Positions 12,341 through 23,895 of a stretch of DNA of 64,000 nucleotides are shown here, piece by piece. Under the pieces are notes generated by a model that did no database searches, was not told the DNA's origin, and saw only the letters and a list, made by a program, of their open reading frames with translations. Both the position numbers and the translations under genes were made by a program. Position 1 is the first letter of the stretch, and the number at the start of each line of letters is the position of its first letter. This stretch comes from Haliotis cracherodii (taxonomy: Eukaryota): positions 61,318,001 to 61,382,000 of the forward strand of contig NW_027266297.1 in NCBI RefSeq assembly GCF_022045235.1, read 5' to 3'.

Positions 12341-13140
12341 CGGCCTTTGACATCGAAATGTTAATATTAAGGACAAGCCACAGTGTGAAGATTTCCGTTT
12401 TGAGTGCCTTGATCCATCAAGGAAATACATATTATCATTGTGTAGGATTAGTCAGTGTTTGAAATGCACGCATTTATAAATCCCGTTAAAAGTATTAGTA
12501 AGAACAAAAAGCGTCTTCTAGATGGTGTTACATAGAGGTTATTATACGAGCATATGTGTCATAGTGATATTATGATACGAGTGTCATACTAATGTTACGA
12601 AACGAGTGTATTACCCGAGCGAGAGTGAGAGTCAGGGTAATATACGAATTCTTACTCGAAGTTCGTAAAATAAGTACGAGTGTTATAATTTCTTCATTAC
12701 TCATTATTTCTTAATCCTTTTGAGTTCCCCTTTAAGAATAGTCTGCTGATCACGATCGTCGTCTTAGAAAGCTACAATTGTCGAATGACGTCAATTATCT
12801 TCAGCTATGACGTCGTTTCTCGTGTGACGCCATTCTGACCTTACGTAACAATACGATTCGGATGACGTCAACAATGCCGGCCAGATGATGTAAACAATGC
12901 ACTGGGGGCGTAAAGTTATATTTGCACTAGTGCACATACGACTTTTATGAACTCGGTTATTTCTAACCTTATGGGTAATTAACATGAAAACAGAACTATC
13001 CTGATCCAAATGCATGTATGACGTATACGTCGAATCACATTTGGCCGCAACATGAAGCAACTAAACAATAGGTTTGTTAGAACAGTTTCCAGATCAAAGT
13101 AGTTGAACGAACCCTATGGACCCTGTGGTACATTTTCATT

Positions 13141-13367
13141 GAGGTGAGATGAGGTGAAATTGGGTTTAACGTCGCGCCCAAGAGTATATTGCACTTATAT
13201 AGCGACGTGCATGCACGTGTGTGTCTGCTTGTACTAGTCCGGACTGATGCCGATTTATAGTGCTAGCTCACTGAGATACCATGTCGCAGTTTAACATGAA
13301 TACCCCACTCAGACACAGTATACTGACTCCGAGCCGACCAGTCCTTGTTTTAGCCCCTTAATGCCGA
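13141..13367 (-). mobile_element. SINE family B, 5'-truncated
   Basis: Matches the 3' portion of the 10487-10840 copy. Confidence 0.85.
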
Positions 13368-13484
13368 ATATTCTTACAGATACTTTAGTGTGAAAAAGTA
13401 TTCCCGAGCGCCATCGTCCACACCATTCGAACAATTTGCGATGTACATGGAGTATTGTTGTGCTCAAGGGGAAGCTACATTCAT

Positions 13485-13880
13485 GAGAGTTTATGGATGT
13501 CAACTTCTTTATTATGAGGAAAAACAACGTTTCGGAGTATATGCTTACTCCTTCATCAGGTGAATGAATGCCATGAGGCAGAGAGGATATAAATGTACAT
13601 GTAAGGAAAACAAAAGTAATGAGATAACCACGGTGGAAACTAACAGGGGAAGCCAACAGATATTTTCCGCTGATGGGTGATAAGCAAAAGATACTGGACA
13701 CATGGTTATGGACAACTGAACAACTGGACAATATGCTCTGTGCCTCATAGCCTTCATTCACCTGATGAAGCAGTAAGCATATACTCGGAAATGTTGTGTT
13801 TCCTTTATAATATAGAAGTTGACATCCATATATTCTCTTTCTTATGTGTATCACTTCTAAGTGTCATTCAAAGTCTTGAA
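13485..13880. mobile_element. Penelope-like pseudo-LTRs in inverted arrangement, each with a minimal hammerhead motif
   Basis: 13490-13587 is the reverse complement of 13735-13832. Minus strand reads CACCTGATGAAGGAGTAAGCATATACTCCGAAACGTTG. Confidence 0.7.
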
Positions 13881-13896
13881 AGTCAACTTATTTCCT

Positions 13897-14173
13897 CGGG
13901 GCACGGGTGGCCCAGTCGTCTAAGGCGCCGCGATTCGCTGTGCAGAGTTGCGTCCCTTGGGCACGCCAGAAACCTATGATTGGTTCGAATCCCGGTTCGC
14001 CCCGATTATGTTTCTAGGTTTGTCAACACCATACCCGTGATAGTGGGTTTCACCGAAGTGGTAAACGTCTGAGACCTGCATCACTTCGGGCTTTCCTCCC
14101 ACATTAAGCTGACACGCCGTGATATAACTGGAATACTGTTAAAAGCGGTGTTAAACCCAACTCACTCACTCAC
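13897..14173 (+). mobile_element. tRNA-headed SINE family C
   Basis: TGGCCCAGTCGTCTAAGGCG...GGTTCGAATCC head; CTCA-repeat tail; 14-bp TSD TCAACTTATTTCCT at 13883 and 14174. Confidence 0.9.
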
Positions 14174-14749
14174 TCAACTTATTTCCTGATATATAGCTAG
14201 CTTTTGGTTTACGGTTGAAATAATAATGCTAAAAATGCAGTATCTGAAAAATCAAAGTGCAGTTCTGTTTCAATGAATGACTTGTCAAACACCGGCAAGT
14301 TATTGGCAGACGCTCTTCTAAAATTTGTTTTCCTTCCATTGTTTAATTTACGAGGAAAGTGTATCGAGTTAATGTACCTTGTGTGCTGAACTGAGATAGG
14401 ATAATTATATTCCAGCCAGAAACGAATTGTTGTGCTGTGTTCATGAGGCTGTCTACAATGCCATGCAAGCAAAATCGTAGCGTCTATATTAACAATGTGG
14501 TCTAAAGGTATATCATTAAACTGTTGTGTAAAATAAATCTGATCTATGCATGAGGTCAATGTTTCACAGTGCTGTCGAGCTGTTTCCCGTTGTAAACAGA
14601 CACAGGAAGTATATATTACCACAGTGTATTAGCGAGCAAGGTATGACGATAAATAACTTTAACTTTATCAATACATATAAATGTTATAACGAGACACACT
14701 TCAACGAATATGGAACTTACACATCATTTGATAGATACAGTCTTTATTG

Positions 14750-14809
<60 letters not shown>
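14750..14809. repeat. (CTA)n microsatellite, about 20 units
   Basis: Seen directly; abuts a SINE tail fragment. Confidence 0.97.
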
Positions 14810-14810
<1 letters not shown>

Positions 14811-15370
14811 CTTCGCCGTGATAGTGCTTGAATATTGCTAATTGCGCATAAAACCACACTCATACACTCACTCACAAATAAAAATAAATGCAGATTTATC
14901 CTTCACAATCACATCACATATCTAATTATTTAGCGAAAGAAAAAAATGTGTATATTGACAGTTATTCAGCATGCTTACGATGACATGGATTCAGATAACG
15001 TCTCTATTCAGAAACGTTTATAAATGTGATAATTTTCTTATGTGAATCGAGGCTATATAACTAGTCAACGGGGTTTTAAGAAACTGTCACTAAGGTATAA
15101 AAAGTCAAACAAGTGCTTAACTTTCCTGTCGCAGTGTGATGTCATATTCACCCAGCCATGTGTCTACGTGATCTCAATATCTGGGTGCTCTGTCTGAAGT
15201 TAGCTCTTACGATGTGCTTGCATAACTGGGGACCTCGAAACTTCTGTATCATATTCCGTCGTCAACCCGGAATACCAAACACAATAACACAATAACATGT
15301 GCCACAAAACCCCAATTGCCATGTTTGCTCTTGAATGTGTGTAAATCAAATCCTTATACGCGTGTCCTCT

Positions 15371-15640
15371 GAGACCCGTGAAGATTCCGGGGTAGAATAA
15401 GTCTTCAGCAACCAATGCTTGCCATAAAAGGTGACTATGCTTATCGTAAAAGGCGACTAACGGGTCGGGTGGACAGGCTCGCTGACTTGGTTGATACATG
15501 TCATCGATCCCAATTGCGTGGATCGATGCTCATGATGTCAATCACTGGATTGTCTGGTCCAGACTCGATTATTTTACAGACCGCCGTCATATAGCTGTAC
15601 TATTGCTGAGTGAGGCGTTAAACAACCAACCAACCAACCA
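15371..15640 (+). mobile_element. SINE-like family D (GACCCGTGAAGAT head, AACC-repeat tail)
   Basis: TSD ACGCGTGT(C/T)CTCT; more than 10 copies or fragments in the window. Confidence 0.85.
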
Positions 15641-16421
15641 ACGCGTGTTCTCTAAACATTCTTTTAATACTTATTCAGAACAATATTGCCACTTTTGGCT
15701 TAGAGATTGCCACATGATGCCGAAACAATGCGACTTCTAATAACCGCCTTTTGCCTAAATGTATACAGTATATTCACGTCTTCTGACTGTGTCCGTGAAG
15801 TTATCCGTTAAGTCATAAATGGATAGAAACGTAAATGCCATCTCTATGTCAAATCGTTCTTCTGGCACAGGTATGTCCCATGAAACTAAACACGCATATA
15901 CACCAAATAGCTAAGTAACCTAAGCTAAGTTCATGCTGATGTTTCAGAATAAAACCCGCTTCTTGGTATGATAACTATGTATATGTATATAATGTAGTTT
16001 TTCTTGCTTTAGCTTCTTTTATTATTAACATGTTCGTGAATCAAGCTTTCAAGATGATTTTGAAGTTAATCAAGGAAACGAACCTTACTGAACATTTACG
16101 TGTTCACATTTGTGTGCATTCTTGGCAATAAACATGCATGCTTCATAAAATGTAGGCGAATATCAATGCCATAGAGGTGATGCATTTATGGCTCATAGTT
16201 TGGCTGCAATACAATGTTTAGGTCTTCATCAAAGTTACACAGAATCGAACTGATGTAACAACATGCTTTAAAACCAGGATAGATTTGATATGTTCAATCA
16301 CAACATTATAATTATACTTTTAAAGTTTAACAAAATCTCAACATGTAATACCTACACAAAGACTATTTCACATTGATAAAATGCATATTTTGATAAAATT
16401 CTTTTATGGTACACATGCAGC

Positions 16422-16651
16422 GAAAACCGAAACGAGAATAATACTTTCGTTATAAGACGTACTAAATAGAACATGTGTGTTTCAGTTGAGGTGTAAACGT
16501 TTAACTTCCCTATATAAAGGAAACCAGCTATACACCTCGACCTGTCCCGGCTGACACACTTGGCTACACTGACAATGTCCAGCGATTCATTCAGATAGTA
16601 TCATAAGCGACCTGTTGAATGAATGACAGTTGCAGTTGACAGTTGGTAAGT
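16422..16651 (+). promoter_or_regulatory. Candidate R2 promoter and non-coding first exon
   Basis: IRF-E-like GAAAACCGAAAC at 16422, TATATAAA at 16511, strong donor TTG|GTAAGT at 16645/16646. The R2 ATG exon is preceded by a splice acceptor, which implies an upstream UTR exon. Confidence 0.4.
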
Positions 16652-16764
16652 AAACCCCTTCAAAACCATTTTCTAATCAAGCTTGCCTTTCTCGGGATGT
16701 TAGTGCAATTATCAATGTCTTAGAATGTGTATTAAGGGCGTTTGGCATTTGTTAAGATGATGTA

Positions 16765-17076
16765 CCGTATTCGACGTAATAAGCGGCCAGGGCTCTTATT
16801 AAGTATTATTTTGTTGAAAAAAACAACAGAGTTGAAATATAAATTTTGTGGTTAATGCTGACAGCCTGAAATGTTTAAATACGACAGATATATTTTTTCC
16901 AGAATTTTATTGCCCTTAATTAAGGGTGCATATAACACACGAGTGCGTAATAAATAAGTCTTTTGTACCTTGATCAATCGGAAGGGGTGCTAATTGGGAT
17001 TGTTCTCTAGCCAATATATTAGCAAATATCGCCGTGGGGGCTTATTAGAGAGGGGCGCTGATTACGTCGAATACGG
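16765..17076. mobile_element. Tc1/mariner/pogo-type MITE
   Basis: TIR CCGTATTCGACGTAAT / ATTACGTCGAATACGG flanked by TA on both sides. Confidence 0.85.
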
Positions 17077-17095
17077 TATATTTCTTGATATACAC

Positions 17096-17199
17096 GGGAC
17101 CCGTTCCTTAAAGCGACCATATCACTAAAACGAAGTCCTATACTTTAAGATAGGCTTATGATAGTCGTATTGTTAAGATAGATTTGTGGAACGGGACCC
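17096..17199. mobile_element. Short MITE
   Basis: Imperfect TIR GGGACCCGTTCC / GGAACGGGACCC. Confidence 0.55.
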
Positions 17200-18313
17200 T
17201 GGCCCTCGAATGTCAGAGAGTGAAAGTCTATATTTCTATATTAGAAGTAATTGCAAATACACCTGGTGTCATCGCTTTTTTCAGTGATCTTACATATAAT
17301 TTTCATAAATGGCAAATGGAATATGCTTCGGCAGATAATTCCTATTCCTATTCGTTTTGAACGTTTTGAATTGTATAAAGAGTATATATTTATAAGAAAA
17401 ACACTTTCTAATCTTGTCTTAAACATGCATCAATTGAGTGAAACAATATTTACCACTAACATATCAGGAAGTGCTATTATTTCAATTGAGAAAAGTGGAA
17501 AGTTATATCTTGTAATAAATCACAAGGAATATGCAGCACTGTTTTGCGGACAATACGTCACAGTCTAGGGAGTTATAAACATACTGTTTACTGTTTATTG
17601 TTCTTAACGATAACTCAATGAATTTTAAATACTCAGTGTACAAACAAGTAATTTTATCTGGTGAACCTTAAAGCGAAATACATAGTTTGTTTTCTAATAC
17701 AGGATATTTACCATCACAAAACACACTTCTTCTTTGTCGTTTTGTTTTTATATCGTCGACAAAAGTATTCGCATCTTTCACATACGGTACCTAAGCAGTA
17801 CAGATGTTTCTGGGATGTGCACATTGATATAGTAGCTAACAAGGTAAATGATACATCAGTTTCAATTTAAATTTGTTGTTGTGATATAGGGCATATCATA
17901 ATTCTCATAATATGTCCAGATCTCCGATAGTCAATTCAATCGATCAAAAATAGACAAAGGCGATGCCATGTTTCTTTGTGAGCATTAAATGTAGTACCCA
18001 CATGAATTCATTTGCATAGTTTTGCTTTTGCAGTTTGCCTTAACCAACCCATCTATGTCTTATCCTGAAAAAAGTATTTCTTCATGTACATCAAGACTTT
18101 ATCGAAAACTGCTAGAACAATCTAGCCTTTGAAAACCGCTTTGTCTGTGATAATCTGATCTCTGCTTTCTGGATATATTATGTTAAAATGCTTAGGTGCA
18201 TGTAGTGGCATCGATTGCTGATGACAGCATATTTTAAGTGCTTGGCATTATTTGAAATGTAATGTTTCAATCTTACATCATGATTATTCCTTTCATTGAA
18301 GGGAAATTCAGTG

Positions 18314-21093
18314 ATGCCATCAAGGACAACATTCTCGGTGGTCCGGAACTCAGTGGTCCTGACATGTATTCTGCTGTTATTTCCCATTGAAGGTTAGTAA
18401 AGGAATAATGTTTCACATGTAGTCAGAAGCCTGGTAGATCATGGACTCATGAATTCAAACGTTTCGAGGAGTGAAATAGTGTTTCATTTGAAGGAGTAAA
18501 CGGATGCTAGATAGTTTGATTACATTTATTTTATTTTTCCATTTTGCAAGGTGTTTTCTTTTGTGCTGACATCTCTTTCCTGTGTTATCTCTGCCTTTTT
18601 CTCACTGCAACGACAGCTCCTACATCAACGACACTGTGTAACGAGTGTGACGGTAACAACGTTACCTGTGACAATGGCGTGTGTCTACTACGTTGCGTCC
18701 GTTTGACGTCATCTGGAGAGTGTCTCCAATGTCTTGACTCCAGGTTCTATGGTAAACAGTGTGAACATGACTGTCCGGACACCTGTCTCAACTCTCGCTG
18801 TCTGATGAACAACACCCGTGTTGTGTGTACAGATGGATGTGTGGCCGGCAAGAAGGGAGATAACTGTGCCTCTTCTTGTCCTTCGTCTTGCTCACAATGT
18901 GAACAGACAGGAGATTCCTGTATTGGACCATGTCAAAACGACCTGTATTACGGTTCACAATGTGAAACTCCCTGTCCTGATAACTGTTTGGATGGCTGTA
19001 GGAAAGACATGGGAAGCTGCAAAAGCTGCGTTGACGGTTACACAGGAGAGTACTGTAATGGATGTGTGGTGAGCTACAGGGGGATGTCCTGTAACATTGC
19101 CTGTCCTCAAAACTGCCGGGACGTATGTGATAAAGACAAGGGTGACTGTGGCAGCTGTGTGGCAGGTTACACGGGGACGTTCTGTAATGAAACCTGTCCC
19201 TCCAACTGTACTCCATGTGAGCAACATATTGGGCAGTGCATTGGACCATGCCCCGACAGCCTGTACTACGGCCCTTTCTGTTCTATACAATGCCCTGCAA
19301 GTTGTGCGGGATGCGACAAGACGACAGGGAGATGCATTCTCTGTGCCGATGGCTACACACAGTGTACAGACGGTCTCTGTCAGAAGGGTGACTGTGACTC
19401 AGGTGGGTGGTACACATGAACTTTTGCCTAAACATCAAACATGTTCATATGCTATTCAATATCATATTAAAGGATCTCGACATACGTCTATTTGATAGTG
19501 ATTCATATCAACATACTCATAGTCGGAATCGAAGAAACGCCCTCAATTGAATACGGAAAGGGTTTTGTCGCTTTTATTTTATCTGATATGTAATTTTCGT
19601 TTTAGTGAGTATTTGACAAACAGGTTAAGATAAAACGATGCCTTTAAAAAGAAACAAAATGACTAGAATATAACCAAAGTACCTACTGTCACTGTCTCCG
19701 ATATAATATTATTTACATTGGTATACATGTGTGTGATATGATGTACAATGTACATGTAACCGTTTTTCTATTAAGACGTTTCAAATGTTAGATGTGCGAT
19801 AAATTAAATATTTCACCTTGTCCTTGCATTAAAAAGGGAGGGCAATATTACAATGAAGTGCATACATTATATCCGTGTTGGGAATCGAACCTGGGCTTTC
19901 TGCGTTACGGGCGCAAGTCTTTATTGACTTGCAATTGACTTGTCTTTGCATGTGTTTGTGACGTGTGCCACCCGTGGGGCGGGATACGCTCGCCTTTTCT
20001 CGAACACCTGGTGTCATTATTATTTGATAGTGATTCATAAACACATGCTCATGATATAGTAGGGATCGGAACAATCGACTCTGCTTTGTGCAGAGATTTC
20101 TATTGGATATGGAAGGGATTCTGTAGCTTTATTTACATCTAGGCTACACCTCGCTTCGAACATAAAAAACGTTGTACTCATATTTGTATTACTACAGGTA
20201 ACACGATTTTGACTCTGAAAGTGACAGCTGGAGTGCTGGCGATGGCTGTGTTGCTTGGAACGATCTTGGCGGTGGTCATTCTGGTCAGACGCAAGAGCAA
20301 ATGTCAACACCGGTAAGAATGTTGATGTAATATCAAAATCACATAGCAAATACATGTGCAGAATACGTCCATAATATTAGCTTCTTGTTTTCTCATATGC
20401 AGACACAGTTGTAAATGTGAACCTGAAACTTGAGAATTGAAAGTGTTTAAATTATTCAGAATAATGTGCTTGAATAATGTTTCGTGTAAAATCCATCAAC
20501 ACTAAGGGAACTATTTTCTAAACTGCACTTTTCTTCTCAATAGTGAGATGTCTCCGCGTCCAGACATTCCACAGGATCTTGGTCAGAGTGACAGCAATGA
20601 ATACTGGGCCCACAAATACTGGGAAATACATGACAAGGAATCTGGCTCTGAATCTGGGTCCAACATCTCACCTGTGCCCCAGTTACCCTATAGACGATCT
20701 GTACAAGCCAAGGATATCCCCCTGGAAAATGTCACAGTAAGGAAACCAATGCCGTATGATACTGACGTGTCACCGGCGGCTGTGGTACACCAGGATGGAC
20801 ATGATTCGACTTATGAACCATTTGTTGTGGAATCGCCACAGGTAGACGTGGTGGACAGTGTCGTGGCTGATGCAGCAGAGGAGGACATCATGGGTACGAC
20901 ACTCAGTAACTCTGGTCCTCGGACAAAACAGGAAGGGGGCGGAGTCATGAAGAATCCCATGCAACCTCATATTCAGCACCTTATCAGAAAGACGGAATCC
21001 ATAATAGCTATTGAACAACATCTTGATTTAGCAAATATCAATGTCAAATATCTTACACCTGACAAAGTTAACACCAGTTCAAATACGTTATAA
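18314..21093 (+). CDS. Receptor paralog R2: multi-EGF-like type I membrane protein, ~509 aa. Exons 18314-18392, 18617-19402, 20198-20312, 20544-21093
   Basis: Signal MPSRTTFSVVRNSVVLTCILLLFPIE with G|GT; EGF exon within ORF 18544-19419; TM KVTAGVLAMAVLLGTILAVVILV-RRK; tail with YWEIHD and LIRKTESII boxes. Phases 1/1/2. Confidence 0.9.
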
Positions 21094-21212
21094 TTGCGTC
21101 AAAAGGATCGTGGAACCATTTTAGATGTTCTATCAAAATATGCTTGTTTTGAGTATCTTCATACGTTGCAATAAATCTTTGTCAATATTTTACTGTTTCT
21201 TTTTTGTTCGTA

Positions 21213-21433
21213 GTTTAACCTCGTATTCAGCAATATTCAAGCTATATGACGGTGGTCTGTAAATAATCGAGTCGGAACCAGACAATCCAATGATTGACAT
21301 CATGAGCATCGATATACGCAATTGGGATACGATGACATGCATCAACCAAATCATTGAGCCTGACCATTCGATCCCGTTAGTCTCCTCTTACGACTAGCAT
21401 AGTCGCTTCTTAACACAAGCATCTTCACGGGTA
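21213..21433 (-). mobile_element. SINE-like family D
   Basis: Reverse complement matches 15371-15640. Confidence 0.8.
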
Positions 21434-22983
21434 CAATATTATACTTTGTACTAAGTTTGTGATATATGCATTTCCATATACATCTAACAAAAACCCTTCG
21501 ATAATCATAATCCATTGTCCATTGTACGATTCCGACTATATCACAAACATGTGAATTACTATCACATAGTGATGATACCAGATGTTCGCGAAAAGGTGAG
21601 CGTATCCTGTCCCACCGATGGCATCCGTCATAAATACATGTAAAGACAAGTCAAATATTCACCGGAAAATACACGGGAACATAAGGTACAAATCAAAATA
21701 GGGAATTGCAATGGACATCACTTTTGTCACTGATGTGTCAAATTTGGAAATACCAATGCTTCTTATCCCTTGAAATCTAGATAAGGTTGATGTAGGTTGG
21801 ATGTAGGATCCGCAAACACGAACATGATAAGACGTTAAACAACTTATCAATTAAAACTACAGTTTTTGTGTATGTCATACATCTCCCTTATAATCTCCAT
21901 TACTACCGGAAGTATTCCATTGTAGTGTGTAATTTACGAAACAGTCACTGTTGCAAGTTCTTCTTTGACAAGGCAATGAAAACGATGACTACGCTAATTT
22001 CATTCTGAAATGTTAAACACTACATATTTTAAACTACTTTCAAGGCTCTACCATAATTTTGACAATGATATGTGATGTATTTTTTCAAGAGGCCCACATT
22101 TACCTGAACATTTACCAAGTGAATGAAACTTGTGAAACATACATTTTTATATATCATCGAACGCCATGTTTTATAAGACGTGCACACACACACACTCACA
22201 CACAAAGGTATGTAATACTTAACCATAATATGTGTATATCTCACGGGTGTATGAACATGCCATAGTGTTTATGTTACAGTTGGTGTTTAAAATGTGATCT
22301 CAATATATAAAATGCCTTAATATTTCTGTCATTTTACACATTGACTGCATATGTTTTCCACTGCTTATCAGACTACACGAGGAAGACCTCAGAATACAAT
22401 CATCTGACACGAACACTATTTCAGAGTTAAGTCATATCTCACTGGTTGGAAAGTAGCATATAAAATGCATTTAATAATAATCCCACATTGACTGTATACA
22501 TAATGATGTAATGATGTCGACACTTAATTTGATCAATCTTGAAAGATAATAAAGACAATACAACAGCTATTGATTGTTGATGTGTATTCACGTGATAATA
22601 TTACATTAATAGAACATAAAAACATTAGTTTCAGTTCGGATTTCCTTGCAACGAAGGTCACACAGGCTAACGGACAGAATAGTTTTACAAAAGTTCAGAT
22701 GAGTCATATATGTGCTTGTAGGCACGTAGAAAAATTGCGTCAGAATGGGGCTTCAATATTTTTTTTAAGATTTGTGTATTTGAACAAACATATGCCTCTC
22801 CTGACAGTGGTTGCCTTTGCCGTTTCCTCACAATGTTTGTTTTGGAGGAGGAAAGTAAAACAAGCAACTAGTTTGTTAAGAAGACAGCTGCTCACTTCCA
22901 GTCGTAACTAGTTGAAATTACCAGTAACCATTTGGATACATCAGATTGATGAAGGTAATTATAACTTAGTATTATGTAAAATA

Positions 22984-23263
22984 GTGAGTGAGTGAGTTGG
23001 ATTTCACGCCGCTGTTAACAGTATTACAGTTATATCACGGCGTGTCAGCTTAATGAGGGAGGAAAGCCCGAAGTGATGCAGGTCTTAGACGTTTACCACT
23101 TCGGTGAAACCCACGAGCACGCGTATGGTGCTAACAAACCTAGAAACATAATCGTGGCAAACCGGGATTCGAACCCACAATCATAGGTTTCTGGCGTGCC
23201 CAAGGGACGCAACTCTGCACAGCGAATCGCTGCGCCTTTGACGACTGGGCCAACCGTGCCCCC
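22984..23263 (-). mobile_element. SINE family C
   Basis: Reverse complement matches 13897-14173; imperfect TSD TTATGTA(A/T)AATA. Confidence 0.88.
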
Positions 23264-23423
23264 TTATGTATAATATAATGAGGTTTGTTGCGGGTATATT
23301 CAAGTAACAAATACAGTGAATAAGATGGTGAAAATAACCTTCTGATTGCTTTGTGACAGAACCTTTTGTGCGTTTGATTTGGGATGATAACATATTTTTG
23401 GAAAAGTTTTAAATTTTGAACTC

Positions 23424-23663
23424 GTGAGTGAGTTTGGATTAATGCCGCTTTGGGGAGTATTTCAGTTATATCACGGCTAGTAAGATTAACGTGAAAGGAA
23501 ACACGAAGGAATGCATACGTACGGTAACCTCTTTTATGAGTGAGTGAGTGAGTGAGTTTGGATTAATGCCGCTTTGGGGAGTATTTCAGTTATATCACGG
23601 CTAGTAAAATTAACGTGAGAGGAAACACGAAGGAATGCATACGTACGGTAACCTCTTTTATGA
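23424..23663 (-). repeat. Tandem pair of ~115-bp SINE 3'-end fragments
   Basis: GTGAGTTTGGATTAATGCCGCTTTGGGGAG...CCTCTTTTATGA occurs twice in tandem. Confidence 0.8.
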
Positions 23664-23735
23664 AACCCACAGGCACGGGTAGGAAACAAAAAAGGACAAA
23701 ATGTATTCGATCTCATGATCATAGTGTTATTATGA

Positions 23736-23815
23736 GTGTGTGAGTATGAGTTCGGTTTTACGCCGCTTTTAGCAATATTCCAGCAATATCACCACGGGGG
23801 ACACCAGAAATGGGC
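23736..23815 (-). mobile_element. SINE family A, 5'-truncated
   Basis: 13-bp TSD AGTGTTATTATGA at 23723 and 23816. Confidence 0.85.
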
Positions 23816-23895
23816 AGTGTTATTATGAAACTGTTTGATATAAACGATCATAGTTCTGTTACTTGACGTGTATTACTGTGTTTTCGTTTAGAAAT

